Counted from the first letter of the stretch, positions 39,449 to 50,554 are shown. The stretch is 64,000 nucleotides of DNA from Sandaracinaceae bacterium (GCA_019694315.1 JAIBCE010000005.1:3487-67486); one strand, 5' to 3'. Notes: generated from the sequence alone by a model not told the origin. A program made the numbers and translations.

Positions 39449-40144
39449 TCAGGGCCGCGCGCGCTCGGCGGGACGACCGCGCCGCGCGCGCTCCCACGCG
39501 GCCCAGTGCGCGATCACCGCTTGGGCGAAGACCCAGTGAGGGCTCGGGTGCGCCCAGAGGCCGCGATCGAAGCGCGTGCCGGCGATCGAGGCGACGACCT
39601 CGCCCCGCGAACCGCGAAACGAGAGCTGGTAGGTCACGGCCTGGCCATCGCGTGAGGCCGCTTGCTCCGTGACGTCGAGCCGCTCCACGTCGGCGAAGCG
39701 CACCACCACGTCGCGTCGCACGAAGAGCGTCTCGAAGTGATCGTGGACGCCCTCCTTGCCGAGGTAGTTGCACGCAGGCCGCTGGGTGACGAGGGGCGTG
39801 AGCGCGAGCGCCGCGAGCACGCCGATCGTCGGGTACACGAGCACTGGGTCGGGCCTCACGTGCACGAGCGCGAGGAGCGCCAGCACCATGAGGCCGACGA
39901 GGAAGGCGACGAGCGCCGACGAGAGGATCACGAAGCCCACCACCCGCACCGTCATGGAGCGATCGCGAGGACGAAAGCCCGAGCGGCGCTGGTTCGACCA
40001 GGCCGAGATCACCTCGCCGATCGCGGGATCGGGCCGCACGACGTACACGGTGTCCGCGTCGCGTCGTCCCTCGTGATCCGGCCAGTGGGGCGCAGCGGCG
40101 TCACGGTACCCGGTGGCTCGATCGTGCACTTCGGTGGCCATCAT
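39449..40144 (-). CDS. membrane protein, unknown function
   Basis: 231 aa with two central TM segments (VVGFVILSSALVAFLVGLMVLALLALV and VYPTIGVLAALALTPLV). Confidence 0.45.
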   Translation of the reverse strand: MMATEVHDRATGYRDAAAPHWPDHEGRRDADTVYVVRPDPAIGEVISAWSNQRRSGFRPRDRSMTVRVVGFVILSSALVAFLVGLMVLALLALVHVRPDPVLVYPTIGVLAALALTPLVTQRPACNYLGKEGVHDHFETLFVRRDVVVRFADVERLDVTEQAASRDGQAVTYQLSFRGSRGEVVASIAGTRFDRGLWAHPSPHWVFAQAVIAHWAAWERARRGRPAERARP

Positions 40145-40195
40145 CGCGCTGCGCGACGATTCTCGGAAGCGCTCGGCGTCACGACGAGGCGTCGA

Positions 40196-40807
40196 TCACG
40201 GCAGGGCGTCGACCACGTGGAGGCGACGTGCGTCGCGGACGACCTCACCGTCGGCATCGAGCACGCTCACCACGAGATCGACGTCGGCGTCGGCCACGGC
40301 CGCCGGCGCCGTGATCGAGAGCACCACGATGTCGCCGCCGCGGAACCAGCCACCGCACGCGTGCGTGAGCCGGCGCTCGTTGAGCGCGATCTGCGTCGTC
40401 CCGAGGATCGTGCCGTCGGTCCGGCTCACGTCGTAGCGGAGCACGAGCATGTCGGGCGAGGTGGCGAGACCGAAGAGCGCCGTGGCCGGCAGGTGATAGC
40501 CACCCTGCGGACCGTGCACGAGCTCGATGTCGCCGCCGTCCGCGAGCTCGACGAAGCTGGCCTCTCCGGTGCCGAGGACGATCCACGGCGGCGCGCCGCC
40601 GCCCACGGTGCACGCTGCGTCCACGGGGATCACGGCGGCATCGGTGCCGCCCCCGCCGCCGCAGCCGTGGAGCACGGCGGCCGCCAGCCCCGCGCCGACG
40701 AGCGCGCCGACACGGCCCGAGCACGCGATGGTCGGGCCGAACCGCCGGGCAGGGCCTCGGTCGACATGCGCGGTGCTTCGGTCGACCCGCGAGAACCTTC
40801 GCATCAT
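40196..40807 (-). CDS. lipoprotein, unknown function
   Basis: ATG-ATG at 40807. Signal with lipobox AAAVLHGC, followed by a Gly-rich linker. Confidence 0.5.
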   Translation of the reverse strand: MMRRFSRVDRSTAHVDRGPARRFGPTIACSGRVGALVGAGLAAAVLHGCGGGGGTDAAVIPVDAACTVGGGAPPWIVLGTGEASFVELADGGDIELVHGPQGGYHLPATALFGLATSPDMLVLRYDVSRTDGTILGTTQIALNERRLTHACGGWFRGGDIVVLSITAPAAVADADVDLVVSVLDADGEVVRDARRLHVVDALP

Positions 40808-40856
40808 GACGCATTCTGTAGCAGGCTCTGGCCCCCCTTCGACACGAGACCCCCGC

Positions 40857-42116
40857 ATGCGCACCCACCGCTTGACCTCGCTCACCCTCTGCACCTCCGC
40901 CTCGCTCGCCCTCGCAGCGTGCGACTCGCCCCCGATCACGCTCGACAACGACGCGGCCATGCCCATGCCCGACGCCGCGATGATGGTGGACTGCACCGGC
41001 CGGCCGTCGGACGCGCCGAGCCCCCGCGGCGAGCTCGCGGGCGTGCTCGACGAGGCGCGCGGTCGCATCGTGGTCTACGGCGGCAACACGGCCGCGCCGG
41101 TGATGTGCATGCCCATGTACAACCTGGTCGACGAGATGTGGGCGCTCCACCTCGACTGCGCGAGCTGGGAGCGGCTCACGCCGGCGGGCGGACCGGGCGT
41201 GCGCGCCCGCGCCGCGATCACGACGGATACGAGCCGCGATCGGATGGTGCTCTTCGCGGGTCGGCTCCGAAACGACGCAGGCTTCGGCAGCTACGTGAAC
41301 TTCAACGACGTGTGGGCCTTCGATCTCGCGACCGACACGTGGAGCCAGATCGAGACGAACGGCGGGCCGCCCGCGGTGCGCTCGAGCTCGATCCTCGAGT
41401 ACGACGCCGCGCGCGATCGCCTGATCGTGTTCGGCGGCAACAGCTCCACGAGCGGCCTCACGCTGACCGGCATGGGCGACACGTGGGCGCTCGATCTCGC
41501 CACGGGCACGTGGAGCGAGCTCACCGGCGACGCCCCGCCCGCGCGGCTCTTCCACGCGAGCGCCATCGTGGGCGACCACCTCTACGTGTTCGGCGGGACG
41601 CCCAACTTCGATGGCCCGTTCATGAACGACACGTGGGCGCTCGATCTGACGACGGACACGTGGAGTGAGGTCGTGACGAGCGGCGATGTGCCGGCGACGC
41701 GCTTCGGCGCCGAGATGTTCCACGACGCGGCCGGCCACCGCCTGCTCGTGGCGTTCGGGCACGACGACACCTCGCTCGGCAATCGCAACGACGTCTATGC
41801 GCTCGACCTCGAGACGAGCACGTGGAGCGTCGTGCACCCGGGCGACACGTTCGGCGGCACGGCAGGCGGGATGTGCATGTTCCCCGCGGACTTCACGACG
41901 CCCGAGGAGGGCGCCCCCGAGCGCCGCTACTCGTTCGTCGCCACACAGGACGCCACGCACGCGTACGTGTTCGGAGGCAAGACCGACTGCGGCAACGTGA
42001 ACGACGTCGTCTCCCTCGACTTCGGCACGGACGAGTGGACCTCGCTCCGCCCCGCCACCGGCGGCGAGGCCTGCAACCGCAGCGGCCGCATCGGCTGCAC
42101 CACGCTCTGCTATTGA
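40857..42116 (+). CDS. Kelch-repeat lipoprotein
   Basis: ATG at 40857. Lipobox LALAAC. Six repeats of the ...R..H......D...VFGG.......NDVWA(L/F)DL.T.TWS.. type. Confidence 0.8.
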   Translation: MRTHRLTSLTLCTSASLALAACDSPPITLDNDAAMPMPDAAMMVDCTGRPSDAPSPRGELAGVLDEARGRIVVYGGNTAAPVMCMPMYNLVDEMWALHLDCASWERLTPAGGPGVRARAAITTDTSRDRMVLFAGRLRNDAGFGSYVNFNDVWAFDLATDTWSQIETNGGPPAVRSSSILEYDAARDRLIVFGGNSSTSGLTLTGMGDTWALDLATGTWSELTGDAPPARLFHASAIVGDHLYVFGGTPNFDGPFMNDTWALDLTTDTWSEVVTSGDVPATRFGAEMFHDAAGHRLLVAFGHDDTSLGNRNDVYALDLETSTWSVVHPGDTFGGTAGGMCMFPADFTTPEEGAPERRYSFVATQDATHAYVFGGKTDCGNVNDVVSLDFGTDEWTSLRPATGGEACNRSGRIGCTTLCY

Positions 42117-42290
42117 TCTACTACTTCCGAGAATCTTCGCGCGGCGCGAAGATTCGGAAGTTTGGGCTGCGGGCTTCGCCCGCGCTGGGAGACCGAGAAA
42201 CAACCGTTTCTCGGGATCGAATGGTCGTACGGGGTTCGGGGGTGAAGGTCCCGACCCCGCCGAAGGCGCGAGGACCGCGCGCGAATGGCA
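42117..42290. repeat. intergenic hairpin repeat element (same family as 35118-35713)
   Basis: 42185-42247 is the reverse complement of 35350-35412 (63 nt, ~2 mismatches). An additional palindrome is CCGAGAATCTTCGCGC/GCGCGAAGATTCGG at 42129-42160. Confidence 0.7.
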
Positions 42291-42344
42291 GTGCGCCGTC
42301 CGTGCTCCCCACGGCGGCGTGACCGCGATACTCTCCCGCCGCCC

Positions 42345-43934
42345 ATGGTCGCTCGCGTCACAGGTCGTCTCGCCGTTCCCGATCGCGACGTCTACGCGAA
42401 CCTCCTGCGCGACACGCGCGGCCTCCGGCGCGATCAGGCCTCGGCGCGCGACGCCTGGTACTCGGCCCTGCCGTGGGAGCGGAAGGAAGAGACGCTCTTC
42501 GAGCTCGAGGCGCTCCTCAAGGGGATCGCGTGCTTCGGCAACCCGCGGAACCACCCGGGCCAGCCCGACGCCAAGAGCGCGGTCGCGCAGGACTTCCACG
42601 AGCACCTGCGCATCCTCCGCGACGCAGCCTCGCGCGTCGTGCAGCTCACGCGTCAGCTGCTCGGCGACAAGGAGCGCGCGTACACGTTCACGCGCTACCT
42701 CGAGAGCGTGCTGCCCGAGGACTCCGCGCGCGGGCGGCTCATCCAGGAGCAGCTCACGCAGGACACGCCGGAGGAGGCGCTCCTCTTGCTGCGGAACGCG
42801 TTCGGACACTTCCTCGACCTGAGCGAGGGCCTCCTGCGCCTCGGTCGAATCTCGAACCGCATCTACAGCGCCTACCACGGCGTGCTCGTGCGCGAGGTCG
42901 GCCGCAACACCTTCTTCAATCCGCTGATGGCCCTCGAATTCCGGCAGGAATTCGACCGAATTCGCTCGGTGGAGGTGCTCGACGCGCTCCACTCGATCGA
43001 GAGCGAGAGCGCGCACCGCGTCTGCGCCCTCACCTTCCTCACGTTGTTCCGAGGCCTGCGCTACCTGTCGGTGATCGACCAGTACGCGGCGGAGCCGTCG
43101 GCCACGCGGCGCGCGTACGTGATCCTCGCGGCGATGCGCAGCGACGTCCGCACGCTCACGCGCTACCTCGCGCGGCGCGCGGCCGAGGCCATGGCCGAGG
43201 GCTTCGAGACCGAGCTCCTGTCGCTCACGGCGCCCGAGATCACGCGCGGCTTCCAGGGCCTGGCCGCCGAGGCGTATGGGCTGGTGCGCCTGCGCGGGAC
43301 GCTCGAGAACCTCGCGAACACGCTGCGCGTCGAGGTGCGCCGCACCTTCGATCACGAGCTCCCCTCGCTCGAGGCCAAGATCGGCGAGCGTGAGCTCGGG
43401 CCCCAGATGGTGATCGCCTCTGCGCAGACGCGCGCCTCGCTCCACCACGCGATCGTCACGCTGTGCGGCGAGCTCCGCCCCGGCGCCGACTTGCCAGAGC
43501 TCGAGAAGGATGCGAGCGCGCGACGCGCCACGAGCGAGCGCCTGCGCCGCGAGATCTGGATGTTCCAGCGGATCCTCAAGGCCTTCCTCGCGATGAGCGA
43601 GAGCTCGCGCGCCGATCCCGATCAGTGGGTGAGCCCCGCGAGCTTCCAGTTCGTGCGCGACTTCCTCGGGCACTTCCGCGCGATCGGCTACCAGCTCATC
43701 CGCAGCCACGACTACGAGCGCCTCGATCCGTTCCTCAAGGCGCTCGACGAGCTGCGCGACGTGGATCTCGTCGAGGGCGCACGCATCAAGAACGCCATCG
43801 AAGAAGGCGCGGCGTTCTCGGAGTTCCTCGGCGTGCTCTTCGAGCAGGTCTCGAACCGCGCCGAGCTCCAGGGCGTGCCCTTCGATCGTCAGGCCGCGGC
43901 CGAGATGCTCAAGATCTACCTCGGTCGCTCCTGA
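42345..43934 (+). CDS. hypothetical protein (all-helical, ~529 aa)
   Basis: ATG at 42345 within the track ORF 42285..43934. Good coding bias; no motif recognised. Confidence 0.55.
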   Translation: MVARVTGRLAVPDRDVYANLLRDTRGLRRDQASARDAWYSALPWERKEETLFELEALLKGIACFGNPRNHPGQPDAKSAVAQDFHEHLRILRDAASRVVQLTRQLLGDKERAYTFTRYLESVLPEDSARGRLIQEQLTQDTPEEALLLLRNAFGHFLDLSEGLLRLGRISNRIYSAYHGVLVREVGRNTFFNPLMALEFRQEFDRIRSVEVLDALHSIESESAHRVCALTFLTLFRGLRYLSVIDQYAAEPSATRRAYVILAAMRSDVRTLTRYLARRAAEAMAEGFETELLSLTAPEITRGFQGLAAEAYGLVRLRGTLENLANTLRVEVRRTFDHELPSLEAKIGERELGPQMVIASAQTRASLHHAIVTLCGELRPGADLPELEKDASARRATSERLRREIWMFQRILKAFLAMSESSRADPDQWVSPASFQFVRDFLGHFRAIGYQLIRSHDYERLDPFLKALDELRDVDLVEGARIKNAIEEGAAFSEFLGVLFEQVSNRAELQGVPFDRQAAAEMLKIYLGRS

Positions 43935-44247
43935 GTTTCCTGGGTCGAGGGACCTCTGGCCCCTCGAGCTCCCCGTCGCTCACTCCGGCGCTACGCGCCT
44001 CCGCATCGCTCCTGCTCCAGGGGTGAGCTGCGCTCACCCCGCCGCAGGGCGCCCCGGATCGATTCTTTCTCGGTCCCTGAGTCTTCTGGGTCGAGGGACC
44101 TCCTGCACCTCCTGCCCCTCGAGCTCCCCGTCGCTCACCTCGTCGCTTCGCTCCTCGCCATCGCTCCCGCTCCAGGGGTGAGCTGCGCTCACCCCGCCGC
44201 GTGGCGCCCCGACGACTCTCGCGGTCCTTGAGTCTCCGGGGTCGAGG
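43931..44247. repeat. ~146-150 nt tandem duplication (2 copies plus the start of a third) of a hairpin repeat element
   Basis: CTGAGT.T.C.GGGTCGAGG starts at 43931, 44077 and 44227. Each copy contains the hairpin GGGGTGAGC-TGC-GCTCACCCC. Confidence 0.75.
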
Positions 44248-44667
44248 TCACACGACGATGACGGGCAGCTCGGGGTCGAGCGCCGCGAGGTCGGCCGGAT
44301 CGCTCGTGACGACTGCGTGATCCCGCACGCGCGCGCAGAGGACCACCGCTGCGTCGACCACGTCGGAGGTCCCGCGCGCGGCGAGCAGCCGGCCGACGGC
44401 GCGCGCGACCACGTCGTCGAACGGCACGGGCTCGTGGTCGCACGCCGAGAGGAAACGCGAGAGGCGGGCCTGACGTGCCGGATCGCGGAAGACCTGCGCG
44501 AGCACGGTGGAGGGCAGGGCGAGCGACGCGCCGACGGCCAGCGCTTCGCGGAGCAGCGTCAGCACCACGCGATCGCCTCGCTCGATGGCGATCAATGCAC
44601 CGCTGTCGAGGGTGAGCCCCATCCTGCGCGCGGCGCGACCGCGTCCCTCGGCCTTGCGCCCCGTCAC
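44248..44667 (-). CDS. vapC: PIN-domain toxin (VapC-like)
   Basis: The GTG at 44667 overlaps the antitoxin stop (GTGA); an alternative ATG lies at 44622. LDSGALIA near the N-terminus and a conserved acidic TSD near the C-terminus. Confidence 0.65.
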   Translation of the reverse strand: MTGRKAEGRGRAARRMGLTLDSGALIAIERGDRVVLTLLREALAVGASLALPSTVLAQVFRDPARQARLSRFLSACDHEPVPFDDVVARAVGRLLAARGTSDVVDAAVVLCARVRDHAVVTSDPADLAALDPELPVIVV

Positions 44668-44921
44668 GCGCGCTTGCGTCCCGTCACTCCCGCAGCGGCG
44701 AGAGACCGACGCGCGCGAGCGCGCTCGAGGGTGCTCGGCGGTCCTCCCGTCTCGCGAAGGAGGTCGTCGAGCACGTCGCGCAGTCGCTCGCCACGAGCGT
44801 GCGCGGAGATGGCTTCCGCGGCGAATGCGCTCACGGAGCTCGCTTCACCGCGGCGCACGGCCGCCTTCGCGAGCGCCAGCGTCTCCGGGGGCAAGCTGAT
44901 CGCGATCTTCACGGCGGTCAT
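44664..44921 (-). CDS. vapB: type II antitoxin (RHH/VapB-like)
   Basis: ATG at 44921, 85 aa. The N-terminal MTAVKIAISLPPETLALAKAAV pattern fits a ribbon-helix-helix. Translationally coupled to the PIN gene. Confidence 0.55.
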   Translation of the reverse strand: MTAVKIAISLPPETLALAKAAVRRGEASSVSAFAAEAISAHARGERLRDVLDDLLRETGGPPSTLERARARRSLAAAGVTGRKRA

Positions 44922-45012
44922 ACCGGTGGAATACCGTGGCACGCAGGGCGACGCAAAGTCCCGCGCCGGGCGATCGAGAACCATCGCTCGACGCTCCTCG
45001 GAAGCGCCTCGA

Positions 45013-45864
<852 letters not shown>

Positions 45865-45975
45865 CGCCACGTTCTCACCCCGCGATCGCCCCCTCGCAAG
45901 CCGAGCGAGCCGCTCCGACGCGCGGCGCCAGTCCCATCGTGCACGGGGCCGGGCGCTCGTGCGACGATCCCGCCC

Positions 45976-48573
45976 ATGTCCGGTCGTGACGTCTTCGTCG
46001 GTCGACAGCGCGAGCTCGACGTGCTCACGCGCGCCGTGGAAGGCGGCGCGCGCCTGCTCACCGTCACGGGCCCCGGCGGCGTCGGCAAGTCACGCCTCGT
46101 GCGCGAAGGGCTCCTGGCCCTGCGCGACTCGCACGAGGACATGGTTCCGTCGGTGCTCTGCGAGCTGGGCGAGACCTCCACGCTCGAGGGCCTCGTCGAT
46201 CGCGTCGTCGACGCGCTCGGGGGCTCGGGCGCGCGACGCAAGGACCTCACGCGCCTCCTCGCGCAACGCGCTCCCGTGGTGCTGGTGCTCGATCCGTTCG
46301 ATCGCCTCGTGGTGCACGCGGCCGTGCTCTCGGAGTGGCTGCGCGCCGTGCCGGCCCTCGCGATCGTGGCGGTCAGCCGTCAGGTCCTGCGCCTGCCCGA
46401 AGAGGTCGTCCTCGACGTGCCCGCGATCACCGACGAGCCCACCGCGGTGCGCCTCTTCGAGGCGATCGCCGAGCGACATCGCCCCGGCTTCGCGCTGAGC
46501 GACGCCGATCGTCCGGCAGCGGCGGCGATCGTGCGCGAGCTCGATGGCCTTCCGCTCGCGATCGAGCTCGCGGCCTCACGCATGGCGGTGATGAGCCCGC
46601 AGGCGCTCTTGCACCGCCTGCGCAATCGCTTCGACGTGCTTCGTCGCGGCTCCGCGGAGGGCGCGCGCCACCACGCGCTCGAGGCGTCCATCGCGTGGAG
46701 CATGGAGCTGCTCGGTCCCGCCGCGCGCGACGCGCTCGCACAATGCACCGTGTTTCGTGGGGGATTCACGATCGAAGCGGCCGAGGCTGTGGTGCGCATC
46801 GACCCGGCCCCGGCCGCGCAGGCAGGCAGCGGCGACGTGCTCGATCTCCTCCAGAGCCTTCGCGAGCGCTCGCTCCTCACGGTGACGGAGCCCTCGACCG
46901 TGGGCGAGCTGCGCCTGCACCTCGGCCAGAGCGTGCGCGCGTTCGTCGAGCCCTCGCTCACCGAGCCGCAGCGCGACGCTGCCGAGGATCGACACGCGCG
47001 CCACTACGTGGAGCGCGCGGAGGGCTGGGCCAAGGAGGCCTCACAGCGCGACGGCTGGCGCGCGCGTGCGCGCATCGCCGCCGAGCGCGACAACCTCCTC
47101 GCGGTCGTCGAGCGGATCCTCGGCCGACCGAACGTGAGCTCGCGGAGCGCCGACCGTGCGCTGCGCGCGCTCGTGGCGCTCGGCCCCGTGCTCCTGCGCG
47201 AGGGATCGCTCGAGATCACGCGGAGTCACCTCGAGCGCGGCCTCTCCGTCGCGCAGGGATCGGGCGCCGATCCTCGACTCCAGGCGCGCGCGCTCCTCCT
47301 TCGCGCCGAGGTCAAGACACGCGTGGGCGATCTCGAGGGAGCCGATCGCGATCTCGCCGAGGCCATGGTGCTCGCGCACCACACCGGGCAGCTCGACGTC
47401 GAAGGACGAGCGCTCGTCTTGGCCGCGCGCCTCTCCACCACGCGGCGCGAGCCGTCGCGCGCCACCCTCGCGCTCGATCGCGCCGAGTCCATCGCGCGCG
47501 AGCAGCGCGACGAGACGCTCGCGCTCGCCTGCCTCGGTGCACGGGGCGCGCTCCTGCTCCACGCACGCGATCTCGCGGGCGCCGAGCTCCACTTCGAAGA
47601 AGGCCTCGCCCGCGCGAAGCGCGGAGCCGACGTGTCGGCGGAGATCGCGTTCGCCCGACGCCTGGCCTACCTCGATCTCGCCCACGAGCGCGCCGGCGCA
47701 GCCCGCGAGAGGCTCGAGCACGCGGCGCGCCTCGCCGCGCGAGAGCACGAGCCGCGGGCGGAGATCCTCGGCGCGGTGCCGCTCGCGATCGCGCTCGCGC
47801 TCGAGTCCGGCGCGGGTGATCGCTTCGCGGCGTCGATGACGTTGCTCGAGGAGGCGACACGACGGGCCGGCGAGAGCGGGTTGCCGACCTTCGAGCCCGT
47901 GGCGCGCGGCTTCCTGGGGCTCTTCCACGCGGCGCGAAGCGAGCGAGGCGAGGCGCGCCTGCTCCTGGGCGAGGTGACGAGCGAGGACGCGCCGCGCCGT
48001 GCCGCCGACGTGGACGTGGTGCTGCTGCTCGCGCTCGCGCGCATCGAGTCCCACGCCAACCGCAGAGAGGCCGCGAAGAAGCTCGTGACCCGCGCCCTCG
48101 CGCGCGCCGACGCGACGATCGACAGCGCGCTCGTGGCCTTCCTCGGCGACGATCCGCTGGCGCTCGACACCGCACATCGCTCTGCGCTCGTGTCGCTCCT
48201 GCTCCTCGTGCGCGCGAGCCCCACGCCGCTCGGCAGCGTGCCGCCTCCGGCCGAGAGTCGCCCCGTGCTCGCGCTCGGCCCGGGCGCGCTCTGGTTCCGC
48301 GTCGCCTCCGAGCCGCGCGTCGATCTCTCACGGCGCAAGCCGCTGCGCCTCATCCTCGATCGGCTCGCCGCGCCCTCCGACAAGACCCACCTCGCGTGGG
48401 ACGATCTCCTCGAGGCCGGCTGGCCCGGTGAGCGCATGCGCGCCGACGCGGGCGCGCACCGCGTGCGTGTCGCCGTCTCGACGCTCCGCAAGATGGGCCT
48501 CCGCGACGTGCTGCGGACCGAAGAGAGCGGCTACCGCATCGATCCCGCGTTCGAGATCCAGCGCAGCGAGTGA
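45976..48573 (+). CDS. STAND-type ATPase / TPR regulator with C-terminal OmpR-type winged-helix domain
   Basis: ATG at 45976. P-loop GPGGVGKS, NB-ARC-like LDGLPLAIELAA, long helical repeats. C-terminal ...LSRRKPLRLILDRLA...VRVAVSTLRKMGL...GYRIDP. The track ORF (44317..) extends upstream through other genes and was trimmed. Confidence 0.7.
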   Translation: MSGRDVFVGRQRELDVLTRAVEGGARLLTVTGPGGVGKSRLVREGLLALRDSHEDMVPSVLCELGETSTLEGLVDRVVDALGGSGARRKDLTRLLAQRAPVVLVLDPFDRLVVHAAVLSEWLRAVPALAIVAVSRQVLRLPEEVVLDVPAITDEPTAVRLFEAIAERHRPGFALSDADRPAAAAIVRELDGLPLAIELAASRMAVMSPQALLHRLRNRFDVLRRGSAEGARHHALEASIAWSMELLGPAARDALAQCTVFRGGFTIEAAEAVVRIDPAPAAQAGSGDVLDLLQSLRERSLLTVTEPSTVGELRLHLGQSVRAFVEPSLTEPQRDAAEDRHARHYVERAEGWAKEASQRDGWRARARIAAERDNLLAVVERILGRPNVSSRSADRALRALVALGPVLLREGSLEITRSHLERGLSVAQGSGADPRLQARALLLRAEVKTRVGDLEGADRDLAEAMVLAHHTGQLDVEGRALVLAARLSTTRREPSRATLALDRAESIAREQRDETLALACLGARGALLLHARDLAGAELHFEEGLARAKRGADVSAEIAFARRLAYLDLAHERAGAARERLEHAARLAAREHEPRAEILGAVPLAIALALESGAGDRFAASMTLLEEATRRAGESGLPTFEPVARGFLGLFHAARSERGEARLLLGEVTSEDAPRRAADVDVVLLLALARIESHANRREAAKKLVTRALARADATIDSALVAFLGDDPLALDTAHRSALVSLLLLVRASPTPLGSVPPPAESRPVLALGPGALWFRVASEPRVDLSRRKPLRLILDRLAAPSDKTHLAWDDLLEAGWPGERMRADAGAHRVRVAVSTLRKMGLRDVLRTEESGYRIDPAFEIQRSE

Positions 48574-48626
48574 TCCGCCGTGACCGCTCCCCGCCGTGAC
48601 CGTCCCCCGCCGTGATCGTGGCGGGC

Positions 48627-49547
48627 TCAGCGCGCGCTCTTGAGCGCCGCCTTCGCGGCCACGGCCTCCTCGACCGTGCGCGCATGGGCGGCGCGATCTG
48701 CGGCCGTGAGGGCGCGGACGACGACGCTCGCCGCCGTGAGCCCGAAGGTGCCCGTGACGAACGACGCCGACCCATCGATGCGTGCGCGCTTGTCGCAGGT
48801 GTAGAGGCCATTGTCCTTGTTGGGACAGACGCACACGAAGCCGTCGGCGCTGTCGTACGAGAGCGGTGCGGGGGTGGCCTGCGGCTCGTCCGAAAAGACC
48901 GCGACGATGCCCGTGGGCGTGCCGCGATCGATCGCGATCCCGTACTGCTTGCGCAGGATGCCGCGCACGTCGCGCGCCAGGCCGCACCCTTCCGTGTCCG
49001 CGAGATCCGAGACGCGCACGCGTGTGGGATCGAGTCGTCCCGCGGCGCCCATCGAGCTCACCACGGGGATCTTCCGCGCGAGGCACTGCGAGAGCAGGTG
49101 CGCCTTGGCGCCGATGGAGTCGATCGCGTCGAGCACGAAGTCGATCTCGCCCGCGAGCAGCCTGTCCGCCCTGGACGCTTCGTAGAATTCGAGGACTGGC
49201 TCGATGCGCGCGGTCGGTGAGATCAAGCGGAGGCGCTCCGCCATGATCTCGGCCTTGGGTCGCCCGATGTTCCCCTTCATCGCGTGCAGCTGGCGGTTCG
49301 TGTTCGTCACGCACACGTCGTCGAAGTCCACGAGGACGAGGTGGCCGACGCCGCTGCGCGCGAGCGCCTCGGCGGCGAAGGAGCCCACGCCGCCCATCCC
49401 GAAGATCACGACCCGCGAGGACATGAGCCGATGCAGGCCCGGCTCGGTGACGAGTCGCGCCGCGCGATCGAAGCGGCGATGCGTCTTGGGCGTGGTCTCT
49501 TCGGGCGCGGCCGTCGCAGCGGCGGCATCGACGATCGGGAGCGGCAT
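48627..49547 (-). CDS. tcdA: tRNA threonylcarbamoyladenosine dehydratase (ThiF/E1-like)
   Basis: ATG at 49547. Rossmann motif VVIFGMGGVGSFAAEALARSGVGHLVLVDFD. About 306 aa, YgdL/TcdA-like. Confidence 0.7.
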   Translation of the reverse strand: MPLPIVDAAAATAAPEETTPKTHRRFDRAARLVTEPGLHRLMSSRVVIFGMGGVGSFAAEALARSGVGHLVLVDFDDVCVTNTNRQLHAMKGNIGRPKAEIMAERLRLISPTARIEPVLEFYEASRADRLLAGEIDFVLDAIDSIGAKAHLLSQCLARKIPVVSSMGAAGRLDPTRVRVSDLADTEGCGLARDVRGILRKQYGIAIDRGTPTGIVAVFSDEPQATPAPLSYDSADGFVCVCPNKDNGLYTCDKRARIDGSASFVTGTFGLTAASVVVRALTAADRAAHARTVEEAVAAKAALKSAR

Positions 49548-49609
49548 CCGCGAGTGATAGCAGAGTGCGCACGACCTTCCGTTCCGCTGGAGGGGACCGG
49601 CGCGACGCG

Positions 49610-50422
49610 TCAGCGCTCCGGCGCGAAGAGCCTCGCGGCGTTGTCCGAGAGGTGCGCTGCGAGCTCGCCGCCGCTCGTGCCGCGCACCTCCGCGAGCGCG
49701 TCCAGCACGGCCCGAAGCTCGGACGGCTCGCCGCTCCGCCGTGCGCTCCCGTGCACGTGGGTCCCCGGCGCGTCCGTCTCGAGCAAGACGCGATCGAGCG
49801 GCACCGCACGCGCCGCCTCCTTCGGCCTCCGTGCGCGAGGCCAGGTGATCGACGGCCCGATCCCGAAGAAGAAGCCGAGCCGCACGAAGCGCGGCACGAG
49901 CTCCGCCGGTCCGCCGAACGCATGCAGGATGGCTCCATGACGACGCGGCCCGAGGGACTCGAAGAGAGCGAGCGTGGCCCCGATCGCACCGTGCGCGTGG
50001 ACGATCAGCGGCAGCCCCAGGCGCTCGGCCACCTCCGCGTGCGCCCTCACGATGCGAGCCTGCTCCTCGAGGGAGACGCCCTCTCGCCGCGCCGTCTCGC
50101 CGTCGAGCCCGCACTCGCCGATCGCGACGGCGTCGAGCGAGCGCGCGCACCGCTCGAGCGCCGCGAGCGCCTCCTCCCGTGCCGCGAACGTGAGCTCCGC
50201 CAGGCACTGGGGGTGGACCCCTACCGCGAGCGACACGCGCGCCAGGTCGAGCGCCCGGAGCCTCGGGAGGCCATCCCACTGCGAGGGCGCCGTTCCCGGC
50301 ACGAGGATGCGCTCGACCCCCGCCGCGCGCGCGCGAGCCAGGGCTGCGGGCACATCGTCGCCCAGGGGGGACGCGTCGAGGTGACAGTGGGTATCGAACA
50401 GAGCGCTGGATGGCACTGGCAC
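49610..50422 (-). CDS. tatD: TatD family metal-dependent hydrolase
   Basis: FDTHCHLD at the N-terminus, ...IHAHGA..., LETDAP near the C-terminus. Confidence 0.8.
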   Translation of the reverse strand: MPVPSSALFDTHCHLDASPLGDDVPAALARARAAGVERILVPGTAPSQWDGLPRLRALDLARVSLAVGVHPQCLAELTFAAREEALAALERCARSLDAVAIGECGLDGETARREGVSLEEQARIVRAHAEVAERLGLPLIVHAHGAIGATLALFESLGPRRHGAILHAFGGPAELVPRFVRLGFFFGIGPSITWPRARRPKEAARAVPLDRVLLETDAPGTHVHGSARRSGEPSELRAVLDALAEVRGTSGGELAAHLSDNAARLFAPER

Positions 50423-50554
50423 CCGACCTCGACGGATCCTGCCGACGGATCATCTCGACTGATTGTCTCGACTGGCCCTCTCGACTGGCCCTCTCGACTG
50501 GCCCTCTCGACGCCTGTCTCGAGCTGGCTGAGATCGCGACCGAGGCTCGCGGGC

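Noticed and set aside
40245-43709. 1154-aa minus-strand ORF spanning several plus-strand genes and a repeat region
   Set aside because: It crosses the Kelch gene, an intergenic repeat and the 42345 gene in antisense. It has no domain signatures and an Arg/Ala/Gly-dominated composition.
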